Origin: Setoptus koraiensis
Lineage: Eukaryota > Animalia > Arthropoda
Direction of reading: 5' to 3'
DNA: 64,000 nt
NCBI GenBank assembly: GCA_048013815.1
Contig: CM106585.1
Span: 9,486,001 to 9,550,000, forward strand
Shown here: one piece after another, positions 1-12,415 of the stretch
How the letters are laid out: each line of letters opens with the position of its first letter
Position numbering within the stretch: position 1 is the stretch's first letter
Made by a program: the position numbers and the translations under genes
The notes under the pieces: model-generated
Told to the model about the DNA's origin: nothing
Database searches by the model: none
Seen by the model: the letters and a program-made list of their open reading frames with translations, nothing else

Positions 1-960
1 ATGGTAGACATCAAATAGTTCATCAGTGGTTTTCTCGGCCCTACCAAAATTTTGCAATAACTGGAAAAATTACAAAGTTTACAGGAATTATTAGTTAAAC
101 GAAGAACAGACAAAACTTCAAGTACATCAAAAGTTATAGGATAAACTTACTCTTGCTCTAGCTCTCCTAGTTTTTTTGCTTACTAAAGAGGTGAAATTCA
201 TCGACTTCAGGTCCGCCATATTATTGGTTATCCGATATAAAGTAAATAATTATTGTAACCGATTTATAAATTAAATTACATCGCTCCTAGTATCAATGGC
301 AACCACTGTCGAAGATATTCGACAATACCTCGTTAAACAGAATTATCTAATTTTTATCTGTGGAGAGGTTGATAGTTTTTCCCTACATGTGATAAGTAAA
401 TAACATCTACTCGACGGTATCCCTGGCGAAATGGACGCTTCTAAATGTTTGAGCTGGAGCTTTATGATTGGACAAAAACGATCCAAACTATAGAATCAGC
501 AGTGTATGATGAATTACTCTTCGAAAAGATTGCAGATTGATTGTTAACGAACTGATAGTTTCAGAAATAGATCCTGATGACATGACAGGAATATTGGCTC
601 CGTTTGTCCTTTAAGAATTTTCTCACCTAGAGTCTGGCTTGATTAGTCAGTATAATCGAAGGATGTCGTTGGTTGTTATAGATTAATCAAGGATGTAGAG
701 TTTAATATATAAATAGTATGCCACATTACATCTACCAGATAACACTACCAATAACAAGCTTTTCAATCAGGTCAACATGAGTAATAAAAATCAATCAGAA
801 TGTAAAAAGGTTGCGCATGCTCTCATCATCCAATTTACGTGGGTGTTTTGAATTTCTTTCATTATCTTTATCAACATTTACAGTACAATTAATTTAATTG
901 TCTCATGATTTTCAATTCAAATACAATCTCTCTTCATAGAAAATCAATAATTTATATAAG

Positions 961-2393
961 TCATACCATGTGAATGTGGGTTTTAGGTCTTGATGGTTTC
1001 ATCACAAATGCTAAGGCTGTACCTATCAGGCAACCACTCATAACGTCAAGAGGATGATGGTGATAGTCGGATATCCTAGTAAAGGCAATGTAGGCTCCAA
1101 GTGAAAAGCATCCGAGTTGTACCAGAGTTATCACCAATCTATCAAAGTATTCTTTCAAACGATTCCTCTCTGAGGCCTTGAGAATGAACGGTGTTATATC
1201 ATTGAGATAAATTATCAGGTACACCATGGAGTAAAACATTGTCGATGAGTGACCTGGTATTGATATAAAATTGAAAAAAAAAATGTCAGTAATACTTTAA
1301 GAAATCAAGGTTTGTTCTAGCGAGTATACTCTAGATTTTCTATACCTGAAGGCCACGATGTTATTATATAACTAAGATCTCTTGGTTTCAAATCCGGATT
1401 AGTACAGTTGAAATCTGTGACATAAGTATGACGGAGTGAAGTGTCTGAGCAATCTATGTTTGGTTGACACCTATGCTTGAAATGGGGTCTCAATCTACCA
1501 CAGGCAATCTTTCCTAAACCAGTTACAAACATCGTACTGAATAAGCCAAACAAGAAAACTTGTATCTCACTATTACTACCTCTTTTGAAATCCTGACATT
1601 TCACAGAATTAGACGCTGAGATCCTTGGTCTGTTCTGATGCTCATTGAGGTCAGCACAATCGTTATTAGTATTCTCACAATTGATTACACGAACATCTTC
1701 TGTGTGATCATGTTTGCTCGCATTTTGATCTTCCTGATTAATTGAATCAGTTCTATTGATATTAATTCTTTGCGTCAGATAATTTGCTTCATCACCTGTT
1801 TCATTAAGCAACGGGTGGTTTCCATTTGAGTCTGAACTCGAAAGTAGCGGGTGCTCGCTTGGGTGTTCATCGTTGATACATCGTCTGTTGTTTGTGGACG
1901 TTTTGAGTTGATAGTGTTTGAGATAAGGCTCAACCAATCGTTTATCACAATAATATATTAACAAGCTCGGCATAACAAGACAACAAAATAAAAGTAAACC
2001 TGAACTAATTGTGTCTTTGTTATATGGATAATTGATGGTGGGATCATTGCAAAAGAAACCTCTTCTTATGATGGGCATCCAATCTAAGTTGGCGGCAGCG
2101 CCGAAGTAAAACATCAATATTAGGACACATGTATTCTTGGATGGCAGAAACCTTTTGCAGTATTGCAGTCTATCAAGAGATGAAAGATTTAATTTGTTCT
2201 TGGCATTCAATAAAAAACCATTTATTTCCCCATTGAATCTGGTTATTCTTTTTACCGGCATGGTGGAACTTTCTAATACAGTCAATTCATGGTCCCCGTT
2301 CAGAGAGCAGCTTGTTTTGTTTATGTTGCTTGATGTCTCTACATTTGCCTCCATCAAAATCGATTGTAAGAGCAGTGCGATCAATTGCATCAA
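961..2393 (-). CDS. Lipid phosphate phosphatase (PAP2/LPP, wunen-like); 2 exons, intron 1254-1345
   Basis: All three PAP2 motifs are present after splicing: KIACGRLRP, SWPSG|H (GT-AG intron of 92 nt inside the Gly codon) and TRISDYHHHPLDV. Multiple TM segments. The exact start codon is uncertain (2393 TTG, 2390 or 2354 ATG). Confidence 0.92.
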
Positions 2394-4123
2394 TAATCTA
2401 TCCTGGAATGATTGGTGTAATTCTTGGACTTCTATGCTGCAAACATTTAAAAATATCTCATGTGAATGTTGTACATCTGGAATATCACTTACTTTAGATC
2501 ATAAGTACACTGTCCGGTCAACCATCGTGGGTTGATTCTATATCCAACAAGCTCGAGTGTTTATTAGTTAGTCTGTACATCAATCGATATGACGTATTCA
2601 CGGTTCATAAACGTAATACATGGTGATAAAAGGTTGCTAAATGGCTTGTATTAAAGTGGTGAAACTAGATATATCGTAGCATAAACAGTAGAAAATGCGT
2701 CGCTTGGTTGAGACACCTTTTATCTATGAGAGTTTCACTATCGCAGCACAATCTGTTGTTGTCGTGGGAGCTTCAGTTTGTTGCGACTCATAGCTGAAAA
2801 GCACAATGTTATACAACAGCTGACTAACATGATAAAGAAGTGCACATGTTACTCACAGCGCAAATCTACACCGGTGCATGAACACTATAAAAAGAAACAA
2901 TTTCGGAAGGATCTATTGCAATTCGCCAAGACTGGTATAAACAGAAAATATGAACTGACAAGCTGGCCACCTTGGTTAGTATCTCGGTTATACTACTAAT
3001 CTTTAAATGGATGTGTGAATTCCCGTCATAAAGTCTTCGAAGATGAAGGTTCGCAGAGCTTTTCAGTATCGACACGAGGGTTCAGGTTGCCTCAAGACAG
3101 TATCACTATCAAAACTAAGTTGATCTGCCATAGCTCTTTTTATGTTATGGCAGAAGTGCTATATTGTTGCGATTCATCTTCTATCAAGCGAAACAATGAA
3201 ATCAGGTGGCTTGCTTAGTTTCTTTGTGTAAGTCCTAATCGAAGACTTTTTGTAGCGTCAAGCAGGATAACAATTAGGTTGGATATTCTGGCCGCAGCAA
3301 TAACCGCGACCCTTTGCGTGAGCGGCACCCTCTATTATTCTGGGCAAATCAAGCAATTGTATGTTGCACAATATTTTGCCAGTTTCAACGAACCGAGATG
3401 ATATTCCGTTTTTTTATTCTTTCGCGTCGTCTCCATCTCATTCTCGATCTCGACCATTTTCTCTAGGATGCCCATGATGAAGCTAATATTGTTGTCGCGA
3501 TCTCTACTGCAGTCACTACTATTAATGAAATGTGGCTTGTAATCGTGAACACCTATGTAATTGTCACCAGAATGTTTCGTTTATATCATCAAGTTCGTTT
3601 CATTATCGTTGTTTGTTCTCAGATGAATTCTCTCTACAAAAATCATCTGCCTCCTCATTGTTCTTTCATAAGTAGATCGGAAGCCGGAATGGTGTCTGCG
3701 CCCTCTATTAATGGCTCAAACGTTGTAGAAATAACTTACCAACCCGATATAACAATCACGAGTCAAGCGATAGCGGGTCCATTACAACATGTTACAATAT
3801 AAACATTTATTTTATGCAAACAAATATACGCCCATCTCATTTTCTCTCAGCATCGTTTAGAACTGTGCTAACTTAACAGAACATCTTGTGCTGTGGGATT
3901 TTCTAAATGTAAATAGATTCATTGCAGATGCATGATGTTATCATTATACATTTACATCTGTTGGAATATCAATCTAGAGAACCTCTGAGATAGCTGCAAC
4001 ATTTACTGATAGGTCACGCATCATCTTAATTTTATCAAAACAAATATCCAGGCCGATGACAATATATTGGCGTGAGAGAATAAATTCATCATCATTTCAG
4101 TTCGGAACAACATCCAAAAGAAA

Positions 4124-5851
4124 ATGAGCAGCTCAAGCTCAGATTCCGACACCGAAGACTATGAGCCCATTCGTCGCATTAGGATTAACATCAAACCTAA
4201 ATCCAGTATAGATAACTCTAGATCAGCTGCAGCTACCATTCAAGAGCTCAAAGCCTCTGTAGAGTCATGGCGTCCATTAGGTCCCATACCCCATCCTTCA
4301 TTGTCGAGGAGACAGTCCTCTATGTCTTCTGTATCGTCCATGTCAATGTACGGGCTACACTCGAGTCCGAGTTGTTCAAGTCTAGTCAATGAATTTAGTA
4401 ACAGATCGGCATTCCCTAACATCATGTCACCATCTCGCACCTCATCTCCATTAACCATTATCAATCATGGTGATACAATTCCGATAGCCGTGGCCATACA
4501 AGAATCGATTGAACTATTAATAAAAGGTACAATTAGACATGAAAAGAAGATCAGAACAAATAAAGAACAAAATACTAGCGATGGGTACTCATTGGTACTA
4601 CAAAGCGCTAAATCACCAATGCATGGAGATTCAACGGTAATAAACAAGAATACTTCTACATGTAACAGTAACTGTATTCCAATCAATGACACTCAAGGCT
4701 CCTATGCCAACATCGAAAATCACGAGGAATACGATCCAGATTTTGTACCTGAATTCACAGAAAGGTCTATGGGAAACTTGAAACTCGCTTTTCCCAACGC
4801 TTTTGCCAAGGGATCTTATGGCAAGCCCGCACTACCTCTGAGGTTTTGTTTGAACTCAACTGAAAATATAACAAAATATTATGCAAGTCGACTGATACAT
4901 CATGAGACTTCTCAATCTAAGGTCAATCAGATCAATTCAACCTCTAGAGTTTTCGAACTTGATATGGATCTCCTCATGGCACATTTAAAGAAAATGAGCG
5001 AACAATCTCCTAATTCGAGTTATTACAATGTAGACGTGCTAAGATATAGGATTGCCCCGATCACTTCGATAAGTTGCTGCCCTATTCAAGTGTGTGCATA
5101 TTGGAGATTTGAACAGGAAATTATAAAGTTACGTATTGATCTAAAACACTCTGATGACAGTGGCATACCTCTCGATCGACTCCGAGAGATCGCCGTCTCT
5201 GTAAACTTAAATGGTTTACTATCCAGTACTAAACATTCAAATAGTGATAACAATTCTCCGCTCAAATGTAAGAATAGTAATACCGATGATACTAGGTATA
5301 TGAACGAAAGAAAATCTACAGATGAAGATAGCACTTTTTCCTCCATCGAACAATCTAACAATAAATTCGCGAGACCGAATCCACTAACGAATCTTAAGTT
5401 AGGAGAGGATATTATAACTAAACCTCAAGCTCATTGGAATAATTGTATTAACCAATTGACTTGGAAGTTTGACTCATTAGATTGTTACCAGAATACGGAG
5501 GGTTTCGGTTCATTATTTGCCAAATTTTCTCACAAGTGCATCAAAAGTCAGGGTATTCCCTCGAAGAATTCAGTGCCATATCCCGGTCCTATTGATGTCA
5601 AATTCTTAGTTGCAGATTCTACTCTTTCTAAAGTTGGTTTCAGTGTCGATTCCGCAGGTTACAAAATGACACTATTAAAACGGGAAATAAGATCAGGTAA
5701 GATTATTGCTACACTAGAATAAGTGAACAGTCAGATTCTATTGATCCATCATTGACTCTTTGAGTGAATTCACTCATGACAATAGACTGTTGCTTGTTTC
5801 TCCCTGAAACTATTAGGACGGTATCGATGCGAGCCATTTGTGATTGTATAG
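4124..5851 (+). CDS. FCHo/SGIP1-family endocytic adaptor (AP2-activator segment plus mu-homology domain, no F-BAR); intron 5697-5816
   Basis: SSSDSDTEDYEPIRRIRINIKP and ATIQELKASV resemble the FCHo APA region; PIAVAIQES and CPIQVCAYW resemble the muHD. Donor GTAAG at 5697 and acceptor TATTAG at 5816 give the ending RSGRYRCEPFVIV*. AATAAA at 5877. Confidence 0.85.
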
Positions 5852-6120
5852 TAAGTGTGAACTTAGCAAGACTTTCAATAAAAAAAAACTATTACATTAG
5901 TAGGTGTCTTAACTGATACACACAAGACTGATATTTTTAAGATTGGCTATTTCATTTTATTAATTAAAATAAAAATTAGAGATTAGTGGTTGCAAAGTTA
6001 AATGTCAACTCTCCAGATGTTGACGCCAATGTTAGGATCATAATTTAAGTTACATGATGAATAAATTGGGTAGTTAGGTTACATAGTCATACTTAGTAGT
6101 TGTTAAGTTACAAAAATATT

Positions 6121-6230
6121 GTTATGTCTATATTATATACATAAATAAATTTGATTGGCCAAAATTAAGATCATAGAACTATTTTTAGCGCGTTGAGCCG
6201 AATCTTCAAAGGAAATATCCAAAGGATATC
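6121..6230. repeat. About 110-bp direct repeat, copy 1 (copy 2 at 10684-10790)
   Basis: Shared core ATAAATTTGATTGGCCAAAATT-AGATCA-AGAACTATTTTTAGC-CGT-GAG-CGA-TC and CCAAAGGATAT. Confidence 0.9.
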
Positions 6231-6911
6231 GTTCGCAAGCTTTGTATCTAATTTTAATTTAATGCTACACATGAGCAACGAAATAACAAAAATCTCGGTC
6301 TAAATTCTTACAAACTCAATTTAGATCTTGTGACACACAAACCATGATCGGGCGAATCATAACTGCGAGTCTATAAGCTGAAACTAATGGAAACATTATA
6401 GATCTCGATCTAGTTCTTATCCGATTTTCCACACACTCAATCCAATCTCCGATACGACGAATCGAGTTTCCAAAAAATACTGCTAGCACCTTTGTTCAAC
6501 GGTAACCACAGCTGTGACAAATCCAGCCTGGCGCTTACAGTAAAACTATCTTGATTTCGACTATCCTGATAAGAAGCCCATTGGAGGTTCCGTCATCAGT
6601 TTGAATGTCCTTGTTTCATTACCACTCACTGAGCTAGGCAATTCGCTTTGTTATCACAAAGGGATCGCCACATGGGCAGAATTGCCAAGAGGGGTTTTTC
6701 ATTATGCTTTATTCTTTACATAAGCACAGGTAGAAACATTCTGCTGATTTTCATTCTGAATTGATGTTAGAATCGAAATATACTTTTAAAGTCTGTGATG
6801 TTCGACTGAGCACAGCGCATATATTTTTCGAAGTATATTATCAACAATTATTCCAAACTGCTAGCGAATCGATTGATTAGTGTATTTCCGAGTAAAACAA
6901 GTTATTCGACC

Positions 6912-9900
6912 ATGACTTGCAAAGTTTTGATACCAGTTATTCTATTCTTGGCCGTAATTTCGACTGTTTCATCGCAGGTCCCTCAAATGCCCTCATTGAT
7001 TAAGAAAATCGGGGCCAAGGGGTCTTATCACATGATGTCGGAAGTTGAAGTAATCAAATCAGACGGAACACAAGTACGTCCAATAAACTAAGTCAAATTA
7101 TTAATAACGTCCCATCAACCTAGCTAATTATCCAGTTAACCTCGTATACACTGGACAAGTATGTGCGGCGAAATCACACAATGTTAGTCGAATCATTTTT
7201 TTTGTTTGTTGTTGTTTCTGTTTCGTCTTTTAGAGGTTCGTCATCGAGGAATGGATTTCCTTGTCGGAAGGCCGAACTAGACTCGACACCACGGAATCGG
7301 GTGAGAGAGTGACCTACTTGACAAACGGAGAGACTGGCGAAAGGTTTATGTATCAAGATTACTCATGCACTCTTTTGGAAAAGGATGTGCCACACTTTTT
7401 TCTGAAAAATTTCAAAATTGAAAATAATGACAAATTCGGGAAGGACGCCAATATTTTCGGTGTTGGTGTAACATGGATGATGGCCAAAGCAGCGAACTAT
7501 CTCAAGGCGCGCCCTTTGCCCTCGTCAACTAGGCCCCAATTGTTCAATTACGATATGTATGGTATACAATACTACGTCGATCCGGATTTAAATGGAGAAA
7601 GTGGTAACGATTCGGACTATGGTTTGAATTTGTATTTTGAGCCGAGTGATGGTGCCAAACCCGACTCGGAGCGAGAATTACAACTAATAGAATGGGTGAG
7701 GAAGGGCAACGAGCCGTATGTGAGGGCGAGGATAATTTTCTTCAAAGGACGAATAGAGGATGACCTCGCGGACTTGTTTGATTTGCCTGAGGGTTACGGC
7801 TGTAAGCGAGCGGCCGAATATTCGCACCCCCTAGAGAAGAGATTTGCATTCAAACCCATCAACCTGGTAACACCGCAACAAATGACAGTTGATGTGGCCC
7901 TTTTATTGCCTAATGCAACCGATACAACCGTCTGGAAAACTCAAATTGCCACTGTAAAGTTAATAACAGGCCAAATGAACGGAATAAATCGTTACGTAAT
8001 AGTTGAAAGTCAACAAAAATCGCCCAAGAATGCCAAAATTAAACGAATGAAAAACATCTACGATGCGTCTAATGATTACCACAATATATTGTACAGCATA
8101 GACAAAGAAACTGGCGAGTGTAAAATAGAGAAAGTTCACGATAAAATCGGGTCCGTGATCAAGTTTCAAGACAATGTTGTCAACGAAGGCGGTGAGCAAC
8201 CAGCAAAGTCACCCGTGCAAATCCAATTGAACATAGAGAATCTGAATACTCTGTTTGCGGATAACGATGAATATCATCTAATCAAAACAATGGATCACTT
8301 CACCGGCGAACTGCATATGTTAGTGCACGAGCGATCTGTCGAGAGTTTCCAGGCTGGCTCACTAAAGGGATCGGCCTCGATTGTGAGGAAGAGCATCGTA
8401 TCCTCAGTGTTGAATCGCAACGGAAACGGGATGCAGCAAACAACAGTGACCGTGTATGTCTATGAGGCCACTACAAGCGACGAGAAAAGGAGACGTCTCA
8501 TGGCTAAAATAACCATGAAATTATATGGTCACACTGATATCACGAAGCAGTATCTACACAAACAGTTGGATATTAGTGATTGCATCGATGAACAAAAGAA
8601 GGAATACGCCGTGATCAAATATCCATTAGAGACGCCTGACACTAAATTACTGGCCTCCTCATTAGACAATATCTATTTTCAATTTATTAAGACAATGACG
8701 GTGGCGGCAGGGATGGAGCCAACACAGTTGTGCAAAGTTGATATAACGTTTGACAACTACAACATGTTTGTTCATATGTTGGTGGTGGATGGGCCACCAA
8801 AACATATGCGATACAAAGAACTGGAAGGTCAAGCTCTAGATAAAAAATCCACTTCGGGCCTCATGATAGAGGAGATACAATCAACAAGTGAAAATTGTGC
8901 GCAAGCTTGCGAATTTTATTCCTGCCTGGCATTTTCTTATTGTACAAACAGTCGTTGTACTCTCTATATCAGGGATACAAAATCAAGCAGCGATGCAGGA
9001 AATACGTTGAAAGAGTCAATTGCGAGTCAAGACGGATGTTCCGTCTACGAAGACGATCTGGGGCATGTGAATCACGATATGAGTCCGTACAAAATTATCG
9101 ATAGAATACACCGATTACTCACAACAACCGAAGATACTGCGAATAATCAAAATGGCGACACGATTGACGGAGCGGATGGGGCCCAGGTTGAGCCTGCTAA
9201 GGTCAGCACCATGGCGGATTATTTGACGCTGCGTGTCAAATTGTATGGCAAAAGAGTGGCCTATTTGACGCCCATCTCCGTGCATAGTGATCTGATTGAC
9301 GAAGATGGTTTGTTTGTGGAGAGAAAATTCGATTCGGGCCGACAACAATCCCCTCTGGATGGTCAGCAACTTGCCGATAAACTAGTCCAAGCTCAATATA
9401 TCATCGAAAAAGAGGGGCGCAGATTTGACGTACCATCAAAAGATTTCGCCTACTCTATTATGGATCATTTGAGCTCTCAAGATTGTGCAACATTTTGCCA
9501 GGATACCGACTGTAAATCGTTCAGTTACTGCGAGGAAGAAATGGAGTGCGTGATTACAAAAATGAATAGAGCCACCATTATAAAATCCAACACAGTTGAA
9601 AATGCCCATTGCAAAATATTCATTCGAGATTACCTAAGCAAATTTGAACTATTCACCGATGTGCCACAGCCGAAAAAAGATGCACAAAGTGTTAAAGTCA
9701 AAAATGCCAGAGAATGTGCAAGTGTTTGCATGGAATCCACGAAAAAGGACTGTTTATCGTTTGATTATTGTTCGAATGGAGGCCAGTGTTTCCTGTATAG
9801 CCAACATGGCAGAACATCCATGATGAAAATGAACGGCTTGGATGTTCAAAGCCAGTATCGACATGGCGAGTCTTGCGATCACTACTCTAGTAAGTTGAGC

Positions 9901-10552
9901 ATTCACATATATGTCTGATGATGATTACAATGAAAAAAGTAATAAGATCTGCCTGACCAGTAACCTTTTGTTTCTCTCAACTGCAGGAAGTTATTTGGCC
10001 GACTTCGACAAATACTTGGGAGCCCAACTGGAAATACCCCAAGATGCCGTCGCATTGGTGAAAACGGACGTAGACCAGCCGTCTGAGTCTTCGGAAACCT
10101 CTACCGAATTAATATACACTGGAATCGATACCGAAACATGTGCGAAATTTTGCGTAGAAAACGACAATTGTTCGGGTTTCACGGCCTGTTTTGATCCACA
10201 ATCTTCTATTAAATTGGAGTGTAGTCTTGCTCAGGTCCAATTGAAGAAAAGCTACGTCAAGAGGACAAGAGAACAGAATTGCAACACCTTCTTGTTGTCC
10301 CCTAAATCGCAATTTTACACACTGACCAGACAAGTGTTGCCCAGTGATCCGGGCGAGGCTAAAAATGATGTGAAAGAATCTGAGGAGGCCTTGACACTCA
10401 CCGAACAAACACGCGAGTTTTCCGATTATTCCGTCGGTTGGATGAGTATCTTCGTTTTGCTCCTCGTTGGGGCAGCTGTTGGTAGTGCTTCAAGTTGGTC
10501 CTACAAGAACAAGGAGAGACTGCAAGAGATTGTGCAAACCATGAGAAGATGA
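6912..10552 (+). CDS. Type I membrane protein with signal peptide and four PAN/apple-like Cys modules; exons 6912-7073, 7234-9889, 9987-10552
   Basis: Signal peptide MTCKVLIPVILFLAVISTVSS. Phase-compatible GT-AG introns at 7074-7233 and 9890-9986. Four C-x3-C...C-x-[AS/G]F-x-[YA]C...C modules. C-terminal TM WMSIFVLLLVGAAVG. Confidence 0.8.
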
Positions 10553-10683
10553 GTAGCGTTCGCTATTTATTAAATTTGGTGAATTCAATTCCCTTCATCT
10601 ATCTATAGAGACCCTCTGTATATAATTTCAGTTGTAAATCAATTGAGTAGCAGCGTTTATCAGTTGAAGATCACAGATGGTTG

Positions 10684-10790
10684 TTTGCTATGTTTACACT
10701 ATATACATAAATTTGATTGGCCAAAATTTAGATCAAAGAACTATTTTTAGCACGTCGAGTCGAGTCAGCGAATCACCAAAGGATATAACG
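10684..10790. repeat. About 110-bp direct repeat, copy 2 (copy 1 at 6121-6230)
   Basis: Direct alignment by eye to 6121-6230. Confidence 0.9.
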
Positions 10791-10824
10791 TCGTTTAGAA
10801 GTCATCTAAGTGTATTGTGAAACA

Positions 10825-12108
10825 TCAATCGCTGTCCGAATCCCACCTGTCGACATGATATTTTTTGAGTTTGCTCATTCGATCCTCACTCTCCTCATCA
10901 AGACTCCAGGCACGAAGGCGTCCTCGACCTCCAACATACAACGAAATAGAATCATTCATCAACCCTATGATAGAGTAGATACCTGCTGTCAGTATCTCTT
11001 CTGATCTTAGAGTCTTGATAAGTTTTCCGCTGTCAATCTCATATATCCAGACCTCATCGGAACGTTGATCTATCGAAGTTGGGCAAAATATATGTTTATC
11101 TGTGACATAGAATTGACACTTTAAATTTGCATCGGGGGATACTCTCTTTCTATCGCTTGGTTTCTTGAGTGCTTGATCGGCTGAGTAATTTGAGAATTTT
11201 CTATCAGTTCTCATAAGTTTTCCATCCTTAAAATGCCACAAACGAAGCTTGTTCTCTATGCCATGTGATGTTACTATTTGTGACTGATCAGTCGTGAATG
11301 CCATACCAGAGATTTGACTAGTGTGGTGACCACTTGTCAATAATGACTTAAGTGACTTGCGAGTGTCAAATATATGCACGAAACCCTCATTATCGCCAAC
11401 AACCAAGCAGCGTGTATCTTGTTTAGACCATAAACACCTGGTAACGCGATGAGTGGGCATCCTCGACATCGCGCTTACAGTTATTGAGTGGACTGAGCTT
11501 CCGGTTCTGAGATCAACAAGTCTGACCTGTGACTCACCTCCACAGACCGCAATCATTCTTGTGTCTAAACTATTCCAGTCACTCCACGAAACTCTTATCT
11601 TAAATTGGTACTTCTCCATAACTTTGATCGATACGTCGTCTACGAGATGTAAGGTGTGGTTGTCGCAGACTGAAAATAGAGGCTCTTCCTGATTTGGACA
11701 CCATTGAACTCTGTTTATGGCTGATGGCGCTACAGTTAACATAGCCAAGTCCTCTAGTTTGCCGAAGGTAGGATCCGCGACTCCTTGTATGTTGACTCGA
11801 CCATTAGACAGCCCTATAAGAAGACTGGTTGAGAATATAAAGAATCAGTAAAACTCGTCATATCACATCTCGTTCAGCGATATCGTTCTCGATATGGTAG
11901 ATTAATAGTAAACGTATACTGATCAATGTTCCTGAACTTACTAACTATCACTGGCGTCAAGATCCAAAGTGTAGGCTGAGTGCATGGGGTATTCTATCTT
12001 TTGTATGTCATATAAGTTCCTAGATCTGATGAGGCTAGTGATAACTTGAGCCTTATAGTCGACCATCGGTGTGATAGAATTCTTTCTTCTATCTCTGTGG
12101 AATGTCAT
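10825..12108 (-). CDS. ERCC8: WD40-repeat protein, ERCC8/CSA-like; intron 11825-11941
   Basis: The upstream exon splices in frame to give SAYTLDLDASDSYLLIGLSNGRV, similar to the first CSA WD repeat. Also GGESQVRLVDLRTGSSVHSI, RCLWSKQD and GDNEGFVHIFDTRK, and an acidic tail (WDSDSD). The WD40 call is firm; the CSA orthology is inferred. Confidence 0.6.
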
Positions 12109-12415
12109 CTTGATCGAGTGTCTTTGAATCTTTTACCGTCAATACTTTCAGACTTGCATGGCATCGAGTAATAGTATTTATGATGAATAGTGAGATCATG
12201 AAATGTGTATTTATTCTTGAGTTTTCGAACATTGCGAGTTCCAAATTATCAGCAAGATATCAGCTGATTTCTGACGCATGGTTCCATGAGTCCGTTGCAC
12301 TCTGAAGAAGCTGACCGGTACGGCTCCAGCCATATTCTCAAATGTCGCCTACCTCATCATGCTTCTGACATATTGTTGGCCATCAAAGTAATCTTATTTA
12401 ATCTTCCCCATACAT

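Noticed and set aside
296-700. Short protein-like fragments (MATTVEDIRQYLVKQ...)
   Set aside because: Interrupted by stops with no recognisable motif, so no call can be supported.
2550-3900. Coding-like fragments and a GT-AG intron-like segment (about 3658-3748, minus strand); 12-nt match GTCTCCATCTCA to the Smad genes near 3430
   Set aside because: Stops occur in all frames, I recognise no family, and the 12-mer is compatible with chance. It may be UTR or a decayed pseudogene.
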